A stretch of 41,407 bases of DNA from a virus: IMG/VR virus record IMGVR_UViG_3300010285_000002, one strand, 5' to 3'. The translations under genes were made by a program, and so were the position numbers. How positions within the stretch are numbered: position 1 is the first letter of the stretch; each line of letters opens with the position of its first letter. The notes beneath the pieces are model-generated. The model ran no database searches, was not told the origin of the DNA, and saw only the letters and a program-made list of their open reading frames with translations. Below, piece after piece: positions 35,750 through 41,407 of this stretch.

Positions 35750-35882
35750 TATTTTTTATATTAATTAATTACAATATTTAATAAAAAACAAGAAACTTGT
35801 TTGCTTTTCTTATTGTATATTATTATTGTTGAATATTGACAAAGCTTGAATTAAAACAGAATTATTTAAATTAATTTTTTTC

Positions 35883-35911
35883 TTGAAAATCGAACACATG
35901 TTCAGTATAAT
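35883..35911 (+). promoter_or_regulatory. near-consensus promoter (TTGAAA-17-TATAAT)
   Basis: ttgaaa lies at 35883-88 and tataat at 35906-11. Confidence 0.5.
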
Positions 35912-35948
35912 AAAAGCAATACCCAAAATAAGAAGGGGAGGAATAAGA

Positions 35949-36152
35949 ATGGTTAGTTTGTCGAATATGCAAAGAGAAATCACTATACTTAGTGAAGGCA
36001 TTTTTGAAATTGCTAGCATCCTGAAGCGCAACTATGGTTGTAATGATCCTAATTTCAGAAAAACTTTTTCTGACATATTAATACAATCCGGAAATGAAAA
36101 TTTAAATATAATCATAAATTCTATAGTAGATTCTATTGTGACAGAATTGTGA
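35949..36152 (+). CDS. hypothetical protein (67 aa), a moron next to attP
   Basis: ATG 35949 follows an AAGGGGAGG RBS. It has its own promoter and terminator. Confidence 0.5.
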   Translation: MVSLSNMQREITILSEGIFEIASILKRNYGCNDPNFRKTFSDILIQSGNENLNIIINSIVDSIVTEL

Positions 36153-36156
36153 CATT
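36135..36156 (+). repeat. two direct ATTGTGACA(tt) repeats, candidate integrase arm-type sites (left arm)
   Basis: attgtgaca lies at 36135-43 and attgtgacatt at 36146-56. Confidence 0.5.
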
Positions 36157-36165
36157 TTTATAAAA

Positions 36166-36189
36166 AAGCCACTGCAAAAACAGTGGCTT
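36166..36189. terminator. bidirectional hairpin terminator
   Basis: Stem AAGCCACTG/CAGTGGCTT. An A6 run upstream gives T6 on the minus strand. TTTAAAAATTTT lies downstream. Confidence 0.6.
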
Positions 36190-36267
36190 TAAAAATTTTA
36201 TAAATCGTCAAAGTATTGGCATTACTATATTTTAGGATAATATAGAAAAAAGCAGAACATTTATTTA

Positions 36268-36331
36268 TACGACTGGAAATCGTGTGTACGTTAATAGCGT
36301 ACCGAGGGTTCGAATCCCTCTCTCTCCGCCA
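36268..36331 (+). tRNA. partial tRNA-Ser(GGA), 3' portion only (anticodon arm, long variable arm, T-arm, acceptor 3' strand, CCA), interpreted as the attP core
   Basis: Anticodon loop CTGGAAA. Variable stem GTACG/CGTAC. T-arm GAGGG-TTCGAAT-CCCTC. 3' end TCTCTCC-G-CCA. No matching 5' acceptor (GGAGAGA) or D-arm lies upstream. Confidence 0.75.
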
Positions 36332-36338
36332 CTTAAAA

Positions 36339-36368
36339 GGATTTAGATGTAAGTCTAAATTCTTTTTT
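36339..36368 (+). terminator. hairpin plus T6 directly after the tRNA fragment
   Basis: Stem GGATTTAGA/TCTAAATTC followed by TTTTTT. Confidence 0.55.
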
Positions 36369-36416
36369 ATTGTGACATTATTGTGACATTTCTGTTTTCT
36401 CCGATTTTTGTGACAT
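36369..36416 (+). repeat. three direct (A)TTGTGACAT(T) repeats, candidate integrase arm-type sites (right arm)
   Basis: Copies at 36369-79, 36380-90 and 36408-16. They overlap the 3' end of int. Confidence 0.5.
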
Positions 36417-37487
36417 GAATACTAAATTATCAATATTGGTACTTGCTTTCTTAATTAATGTTTTATTGTTATGGAGATAAGTATCTGAAGTAATACCTAT
36501 TTTGCTATGACCAAGCAACCTTTTTAATGTATCCAGGTCGGTACCGCATTCAAGTTGAAGTACCGCAAATGTATGTCGGAGGTCATGAAATCTACAAGTT
36601 GGAAGATTGTTAGCTTTTTGAAAGTTTTTTAATGCTCTAGATAAATGAGAAGGGTCCGGAAGTTTTCCATCTATTTCACTTACATAGATAGAATTAGCTC
36701 TTTTTTTATGCTCTTTTAATTCTTCAGCCAAAAAACCTTCTATAGAAAATATTCTTTCAGATTCTTTAGTTTTTACTTTCTTATGAATTTCTTTGCCTTC
36801 AACAACAACATAATTATTTCTTACATAAGCAATGTTATTGTTGAAGTCTATATCAGACCAACGTAGCCCCAAGCATTCCCCTCGTCGCAAACCTCGCATA
36901 GCTGCAAGTAATACAGGGATATATAAGTAATGTTTTTGCTCGCGTAAAAGAGAAATAAGTTTTCCTAAGTCTTCAGCAGTATAAACAGATATTTCAAACT
37001 TTTCATTATCTTCTGCTATTTCTACACCTTTACAAACATTTTTCTCTACAAGGTCATTTTTTAAAGCATATTCAAGTGCAGCATGAAGAACTCTACAAAC
37101 GTATTTTACAGTACGATATTTTAATCCAGATTTAGTTAATGTATCTGCCATATTTTGAACATCTATTAATTTTAGTTTCATTAAAGGGATATTACCAATG
37201 TGATTATTTATATGTTGAATATTCGTTTTATACCCACTCAATGTAGTTGGGGAAAGTTTCTTTTCTTTAGTAACAATCCATTTTTCTAAAAATTCTTTAA
37301 CAGTAATGCCGTCAGCACCTTCAGCAAGACCTTCCAGTTTTCTTTTAGTATCAATTCCCCAATCTTCTGCTTCTTTTTTCTTTTCAAAACCCGACTTATA
37401 TTTACTTTTCTTTTTACCATTCTTATAATACCAAAAACGGCACGAATAATATGTTTTCGAGCCGACTTTGTAACTTTTAACTTCCAT
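36378..37487 (-). CDS. int: tyrosine integrase
   Basis: Catalytic motifs RGLRRGE, HDLRHTFA and LGHS...TSDTYLH. Adjacent to the tRNA fragment. Confidence 0.95.
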   Translation of the reverse strand: MEVKSYKVGSKTYYSCRFWYYKNGKKKSKYKSGFEKKKEAEDWGIDTKRKLEGLAEGADGITVKEFLEKWIVTKEKKLSPTTLSGYKTNIQHINNHIGNIPLMKLKLIDVQNMADTLTKSGLKYRTVKYVCRVLHAALEYALKNDLVEKNVCKGVEIAEDNEKFEISVYTAEDLGKLISLLREQKHYLYIPVLLAAMRGLRRGECLGLRWSDIDFNNNIAYVRNNYVVVEGKEIHKKVKTKESERIFSIEGFLAEELKEHKKRANSIYVSEIDGKLPDPSHLSRALKNFQKANNLPTCRFHDLRHTFAVLQLECGTDLDTLKRLLGHSKIGITSDTYLHNNKTLIKKASTNIDNLVFMSQKSEKTEMSQ

Positions 37488-37836
37488 TATCATTACCTCC
37501 TAATCTTTTTATGAAATTTAATACTAAATCAAGATCCGAATCATTTAAATTAGCTATTAATGGCAAAGCTTTTTGAACTTTATAATTGTTAAGTATTTTA
37601 TTAACCAATTCTTGGGCATCACTTTCCATTTGTTTAGGGTTGTCCCAACCTAATAGCCAGTTTGCATCTACTTCAAGTGCCCCTAGTAACAATTCAATTG
37701 TATCAGCATAAGGCATATTTTTATCATTTTCCCAATCACTTATAGAATTATGTTTTACACCTATTAAATCAGCTAATTGTCTTTGTGTTAATCCTTTTTT
37801 TAGTCTAGCTTCTTTGATTCTTTTACCTAAGCTCAT
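37477..37836 (-). CDS. CI-like repressor (XRE-family HTH, no peptidase domain)
   Basis: LTQRQLADLIGVKHNSISDWEN motif. Divergent from the cro-like gene. Confidence 0.85.
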   Translation of the reverse strand: MSLGKRIKEARLKKGLTQRQLADLIGVKHNSISDWENDKNMPYADTIELLLGALEVDANWLLGWDNPKQMESDAQELVNKILNNYKVQKALPLIANLNDSDLDLVLNFIKRLGGNDNGS

Positions 37837-37863
37837 TTTAATAATTCCCCACCTTTCAATTTT

Positions 37864-37892
37864 ATATTAGCACGCAATTTCGATTTTGTAAA
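37864..37892 (-). promoter_or_regulatory. candidate repressor-maintenance promoter (TTTACA-17-TAATAT)
   Basis: Read on the minus strand upstream of the repressor RBS AAAGGTGGGG. Confidence 0.4.
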
Positions 37893-37901
37893 TATTTTGT
37901 T

Positions 37902-37974
37902 TTCGAAAATTTCGAAAATCATATTGACAATTCGAAAATTTCGAAATATAATAAAATTGTTCGAAGATTTCGAA
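37902..37974. promoter_or_regulatory. three operators TTCGAAnATTTCGAA spaced 29 bp apart
   Basis: Operators at 37902-16, 37931-45 and 37960-74. Each contains two TTCGAA palindromes. Confidence 0.65.
37924..37952 (+). promoter_or_regulatory. early lytic promoter with perfect consensus (TTGACA-17-TATAAT) and operator O2 in the spacer
   Basis: ttgaca lies at 37924-29 and tataat at 37947-52. Confidence 0.75.
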
Positions 37975-38012
37975 ATCCGGATTTCAACCCGCAATTCTAG
38001 GAGGTATCAATT

Positions 38013-38228
38013 ATGGGAGTCGGTTCTGAAATTAAGCAATTCTTAGATGAAAATAATATCAGCCAGACGACACTTTCTATTGAAACTAAAATTCCCCTTC
38101 CAAAACTTAATCTAATGCTAAATGAGAAAAGGAGAATTCAAATACCTGAATTAGAAGTTATATGTTGGGCTCTTAATGTAAAACCTGATAAGTTTGTTAA
38201 ACCAAGAGCCCCAGGGAAGGTGGTTTAA
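38013..38228 (+). CDS. Cro-like XRE-family HTH regulator
   Basis: ISQTTLSIETKIPLPKLNLMLNEKR motif. Divergent from the repressor. RBS is TAGGAGGT. Confidence 0.75.
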   Translation: MGVGSEIKQFLDENNISQTTLSIETKIPLPKLNLMLNEKRRIQIPELEVICWALNVKPDKFVKPRAPGKVV

Positions 38229-38402
38229 ATGGAAAAAACATTTCTCAAAGTTAAAGAAGCAACAAAGTTGTATAGCATCGGAAGAGATACGCTTTATAAC
38301 GCAATAAAAAAAGGTGAACTAAAAGCTTATAAACCTAATTGTAGAGATTATCTTATCAAAGTCACAGAATTAGAAGCTTGGATTCAAAGTAAACCTGTCT
38401 AA
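38229..38402 (+). CDS. excisionase-family HTH protein (57 aa), below the track cutoff
   Basis: FLKVKEATKLYSIGRDTLYNAIKKGELKAYK...ELEAWI is typical of MerR-like excisionase HTH_17 proteins. Confidence 0.6.
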   Translation: MEKTFLKVKEATKLYSIGRDTLYNAIKKGELKAYKPNCRDYLIKVTELEAWIQSKPV

Positions 38403-38536
38403 GTAAATTTTCAAATGTTATTGAACCTTGAAAACAAAATACAGAGCTTGCGAATACGGTTGAATAGGCGACGACCCGAAAGGCGAGCCCTAAGAACTGG
38501 AAAGCAAGAAAATAAGCAGAGAGCGAGGCGAAAATA

Positions 38537-39301
38537 ATGGAATTACAAATTTTTAAGAATGAACAGTTTGGCGAAATTCGAATTGTTGAAAAAAACAAAG
38601 AGCCTTGGTTTGTTGCTTCTGATATTTGTAAGGCATTAGAAATTAAGAATGCTACACAAGCAGTAAGTAGATTAGACGAAGATGAACGGTCTATGTTTAA
38701 CATAGGGCGTCAAGGAGAGGCCAATATTGTTAATGAATATGGTTTGTATAATCTAATACTTGTAAGTAGAAAGCCGGAAGCAAAACAATTTAAGCGTTGG
38801 ATAACTCATGAAGTCATTCCTTCAATTCGCAAAAATGGCGGTTACATTGCCAATCAAGAGAATTTGACACCTGAGCAAATTGTAGCTAATGCTCTTATAG
38901 TTGCTCAAAATATCATTGCTGAAAAAGATAAACTACTTGAAGAACAAAAACCAAAGGTACTATTCGCTGATGCCGTATCAGCTTCAAAAACATCGATATT
39001 GGTTGGCGAACTAGCTAAGATACTCAAGCAAAACGGCATTGACATCGGACAGAATCGATTATTCGAGTGGCTAAGAAAAAAGAGTTATCTTATTAGCCGC
39101 AAAGGTACAGACTACAACATGCCAACACAATACAGCATGGAGAGAGGGCTTTTCGAAATCAAAGAGACAACTATCACACATTCAGACGGACATATCAGTG
39201 TTTCTAAAACAGTCAAGGTAACAGGCAAGGGACAGCAATATTTCGTAAACAAATTCTTGCAGAATTGGAGGCGAAATTTCAATGAAGATATATCGGGATA
39301 G
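38537..39301 (+). CDS. antirepressor (BRO-N domain plus KilAC-like C-terminal domain)
   Basis: Motifs LQIFKNEQFGEIRIVEKNKEPWFVASDICKALE, FKRWITHEVIPSIRKNG and ELAKILKQNGIDIGQNRLFEWLR. Confidence 0.85.
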   Translation: MELQIFKNEQFGEIRIVEKNKEPWFVASDICKALEIKNATQAVSRLDEDERSMFNIGRQGEANIVNEYGLYNLILVSRKPEAKQFKRWITHEVIPSIRKNGGYIANQENLTPEQIVANALIVAQNIIAEKDKLLEEQKPKVLFADAVSASKTSILVGELAKILKQNGIDIGQNRLFEWLRKKSYLISRKGTDYNMPTQYSMERGLFEIKETTITHSDGHISVSKTVKVTGKGQQYFVNKFLQNWRRNFNEDISG

Positions 39302-39440
39302 AGATGGGAGGATTATTGGAACAGAAAGAACAGTCAACGAGCAACCAAAAAGCACATTGGTTGATATAGCAGTTAAGTTACTTCTTATAGGTTCGCTTCT
39401 AGGCTTATCTTATGTAATCAAATTATTAATAGGGAAGTGA
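39282..39440 (+). CDS. micro-ORF (52 aa) with C-terminal TM segment
   Basis: ATG follows a TTGGAGGCG RBS. TM segment LLLIGSLLGLSYVIKLLI. Confidence 0.4.
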   Translation: MKIYRDRDGRIIGTERTVNEQPKSTLVDIAVKLLLIGSLLGLSYVIKLLIGK

Positions 39441-39445
39441 TTAAT

Positions 39446-39538
39446 ATGTTGTATTTTATAGCTGGTGTTGTAATCGGTATATTTTTGACTATCTTTTGCC
39501 TGGCATTGGCGAAAAGTGCAAAGGAGAGTGAGTTGTGA
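39446..39538 (+). CDS. micro-ORF (30 aa), a single TM peptide
   Basis: Sequence MLYFIAGVVIGIFLTIFCLALA. Its stop overlaps the next ATG (TGATG). Confidence 0.3.
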   Translation: MLYFIAGVVIGIFLTIFCLALAKSAKESEL

Positions 39539-39696
39539 TGCAAGAAAAACGTTTGCGCCGTTGGATGAAGGAATTGCTATCTCGCAAGGGTCTTAATGTT
39601 GAAAACTGGTACTATATTCGTTGTAATCAAAATCAGCTTGTTGTTGTTCACAAACATTCATTGCAGCCTAGAATAATTAATTTAAGAGAGGATTGA
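39538..39696 (+). CDS. micro-ORF (52 aa), basic
   Basis: RBS is AAGGAGAGTGAG. Coupled to the previous ORF. Confidence 0.4.
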   Translation: MQEKRLRRWMKELLSRKGLNVENWYYIRCNQNQLVVVHKHSLQPRIINLRED

Positions 39697-39729
39697 GATT
39701 ATGTTGACAAAATTCAAGGAGGTAGAACC

Positions 39730-39903
39730 ATGAATGATGGTCCAGGAGTAGCACAAATTATATTTTTATCAGTTCTTTTTGTAGTGTCCGCAGCAATGTT
39801 TGCTTATTCGGTAGTTGACTTCATTAAGAGTTTCTTACCTGAAAACAAATCAAGAAAAGGATGTGAGCCTAATGCTCGCAATAATCAAAAATGCAAATAT
39901 TAA
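39730..39903 (+). CDS. micro-ORF (57 aa) with N-terminal TM segment
   Basis: ATG follows an AAGGAGGT RBS. TM segment VAQIIFLSVLFVVSAAMFAY. Confidence 0.4.
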   Translation: MNDGPGVAQIIFLSVLFVVSAAMFAYSVVDFIKSFLPENKSRKGCEPNARNNQKCKY

Positions 39904-40252
39904 TAATATTTCAAAAGTATCTGAAGCAGTTGCAGTATACATAAAAAAGTTTGGTGGAAGAAAAAGAATTACAGTTGAGTTTAATCAAAATAGTTGCATT
40001 GTGTACAGTGAAGGGGATAAAGACAAAATTGATGTGCACGCAGAAGAAATCAATATAGACAATAGTATGCTTATAATAGTTCAAAATGCGAATCTAACAA
40101 ACCTTCCTAAGACTTCAAAAGCAATCTCTGAATGGCTAAAAAAATATGGTCTAAGGAAGCGAATTGTAGTTAGATGGCTTTCACCAAATGGCTGCTTATT
40201 ATACAGCAAAGCAAAAGGCGGAAGTGATTCTATGGTTGTGAATGTGAGGTGA
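39872..40252 (+). CDS. hypothetical protein built from two tandem repeats of about 60 aa
   Basis: MLAIIKNANINNISKVSEAVAVYIKKFGGRKRITV aligns with MLIIVQNANLTNLPKTSKAISEWLKKYGLRKRIVV. Confidence 0.55.
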   Translation: MLAIIKNANINNISKVSEAVAVYIKKFGGRKRITVEFNQNSCIVYSEGDKDKIDVHAEEINIDNSMLIIVQNANLTNLPKTSKAISEWLKKYGLRKRIVVRWLSPNGCLLYSKAKGGSDSMVVNVR

Positions 40253-40257
40253 GAAAG

Positions 40258-40413
40258 ATGAATGAGAATCAAAAAGAATTGTTTGAAAAAGAGCCAGACA
40301 TTAGAAGGCCACTTGATAGTAGGTCGATGATTTGCCCGGAATGCGGATACAGAATGATTCCAGATAGTGGGTGCAGTTTTTGTCCGAATTGTGGATACTC
40401 ACCATGCAAATAA
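40258..40413 (+). CDS. zinc-ribbon micro-protein (51 aa)
   Basis: Motif CPECG...CSFCPNCG. RBS is GTGAGGTGAG. Confidence 0.5.
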   Translation: MNENQKELFEKEPDIRRPLDSRSMICPECGYRMIPDSGCSFCPNCGYSPCK

Positions 40414-40484
40414 AGAAAGCCGCTTAGAAAAGCGACTAAACAAAATAACCCATAATTATTATAACACAAAAAGGAGGCAAAGCA

Positions 40485-41198
40485 ATGCTTATTAATATAA
40501 ATGAGTTGGTTAACAACAAAATAAAAGAACTAGAAGAAAGTAAAAAAATCGAAAAAACAATTGAAGAGGTACTTGAGAAAACTATTCTAGAGGCTGTGGC
40601 TGATGCAATAAAATCATATGAATTGAAAAGAAATATTAGAGACAAAATGACAAAACAAATATCAGAAGTTGTGAAAGATATTGGATTTGAAGGCTATAAC
40701 TCATTTATTGTTGAAAAATTGAAACAAATTATTGATGGAACTTGCAAGAAAGACTTTGAAGAAAAGATACAGGAAAGCTTCAAGGAACTTCTTATGGTAA
40801 AACATGAGAGTATCAAATTATCGAAAATTTTTGAAACATATAGAGAGTGGATTTCTAACCATTTAGATGAGGATGAAAAGAACTATGATGGCTTCTATGC
40901 TAGTATGGAAAAATCTTCTTATAGTTGGTATACCATTATTTTAGCAAAAGAGAAGCCATTATCTTATTCAAGAAAAGATTCTATAGAATTCACTGTACAT
41001 ATTCGCAATAATGGAGAAGGTTGGATTGGGACTATATACCTTAATGGTGTAGACATTGAAGAATCTATTCCTTTTGGTTATCTAACAAAGTTTGAAAGCT
41101 TTCTTATTAACCTCAAATATAATAAAACGCCTATCATAATTGATGTTGAAGCCGAGGATGATATTGACACATCATATATAGGTTATGAGGATTACTAA
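40485..41198 (+). CDS. hypothetical protein (237 aa)
   Basis: ORF with AAAGGAGG RBS. No recognisable motif. Confidence 0.6.
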   Translation: MLININELVNNKIKELEESKKIEKTIEEVLEKTILEAVADAIKSYELKRNIRDKMTKQISEVVKDIGFEGYNSFIVEKLKQIIDGTCKKDFEEKIQESFKELLMVKHESIKLSKIFETYREWISNHLDEDEKNYDGFYASMEKSSYSWYTIILAKEKPLSYSRKDSIEFTVHIRNNGEGWIGTIYLNGVDIEESIPFGYLTKFESFLINLKYNKTPIIIDVEAEDDIDTSYIGYEDY

Positions 41199-41358
41199 TT
41201 GAAAGAGAAAGTGGGCTTGAGGATTTAGGTGCGGTATTGGCATAAATCAGTAAAATGACAGAATTTCAAACAACTTTCATGGTGGTTTATATCTATATTG
41301 GTGTCCAAGATGGCACGACTTTTTAATGATAAAGTTTATACATCATCAGCATGGATGA

Positions 41359-41407
41359 ATGGCAAAAAGAAAGCGAGGTTGAAGAAGAATGAGTGATTTA
41401 TTGAAAC
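41359..41407 (+). repeat. 49-nt terminal direct repeat identical to 1..49 (circular-assembly overlap or terminal redundancy)
   Basis: atggcaaaaagaaagcgaggttgaagaagaatgagtgatttattgaaac occurs at both ends and includes the RBS and start of ORF 31..309. Confidence 0.9.

Larger units (their letters stand above)
1..41407. mobile_element. Complete temperate tailed-phage genome (siphovirus-type, HK97-like head module) or excised prophage, circularly closed
   Basis: Full set of phage modules is present: lysogeny, replication, packaging, head, tail and lysis. attP and integrase are also present. The first 49 nt are repeated at the end. Confidence 0.9.

Noticed and set aside
35810-36031. 73-aa hydrophobic minus-strand ORF.
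   Set aside because: It has a TTG start, or a weak ATG, and no RBS. It overlaps the promoter and start of the better-supported + strand ORF 35949-36152. It lies in a very AT-rich region prone to spurious hydrophobic ORFs.
36241-36331. A complete tRNA-Ser gene.
   Set aside because: The expected 5' acceptor strand (GGAGAGA) and D-arm are absent from 36241-36267. Only the 3' part is present, so it is interpreted as the attP core.
38362-38703. 113-aa minus-strand ORF spanning the Xis-like gene end and the antirepressor start.
   Set aside because: It is antisense to two supported genes and has no RBS.

Overview
The window is a complete temperate siphovirus-type phage genome (or excised prophage) of about 41.36 kb. 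The host is probably a low-GC Gram-positive, Clostridia-like bacterium. Nt 1-49 recur exactly at 41359-41407, so the contig closes on itself. Gene order on the + strand unless noted:
- Early, replication and recombination genes (31-8444): PAPS-reductase-like enzyme, YopX, DUF5131, Cas4-like exonuclease, annealing protein, SSB, DnaD-like organizer, G39P-like loader, VRR-NUC and a late regulator.
- Packaging genes: HNH, TerS, TerL.
- Two paralogous fibre-like genes inserted between TerL and portal.
- HK97-type head (portal, protease, capsid) and connector proteins.
- Tail genes: major tail protein, G/T chaperone with a -1 frameshift, tape measure, Dit-like, Tal-like and LamG proteins.
- A secreted-protein moron.
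- Lysis cassette behind a structured leader RNA: two membrane proteins and a three-domain endolysin.
- An orphan promoter-sRNA-terminator unit whose RNA carries a CRISPR-repeat-like ...AAACAAGGATTGAAAC tag.
- A roughly 7-kb minus-strand cargo island: SNF2 helicase, IbrA-like PAPS reductase, GNAT, ParB/IbrB-like protein and six unknowns. Two duplicated consensus promoters with TGACNGTCA operators drive it.
- attP, formed by the 3' part of tRNA-Ser(GGA) flanked by TTGTGACAT arm repeats.
- Integrase, CI-like repressor, a three-operator switch, Cro-like and Xis-like genes, an antirepressor and a run of micro-ORFs.
The best candidates for undescribed biology are the cargo island, the CRISPR-repeat-like sRNA unit, the lysis leader RNA and the TerL-portal fibre cassette. 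All domain calls come from motif recognition by eye. No searches were run.
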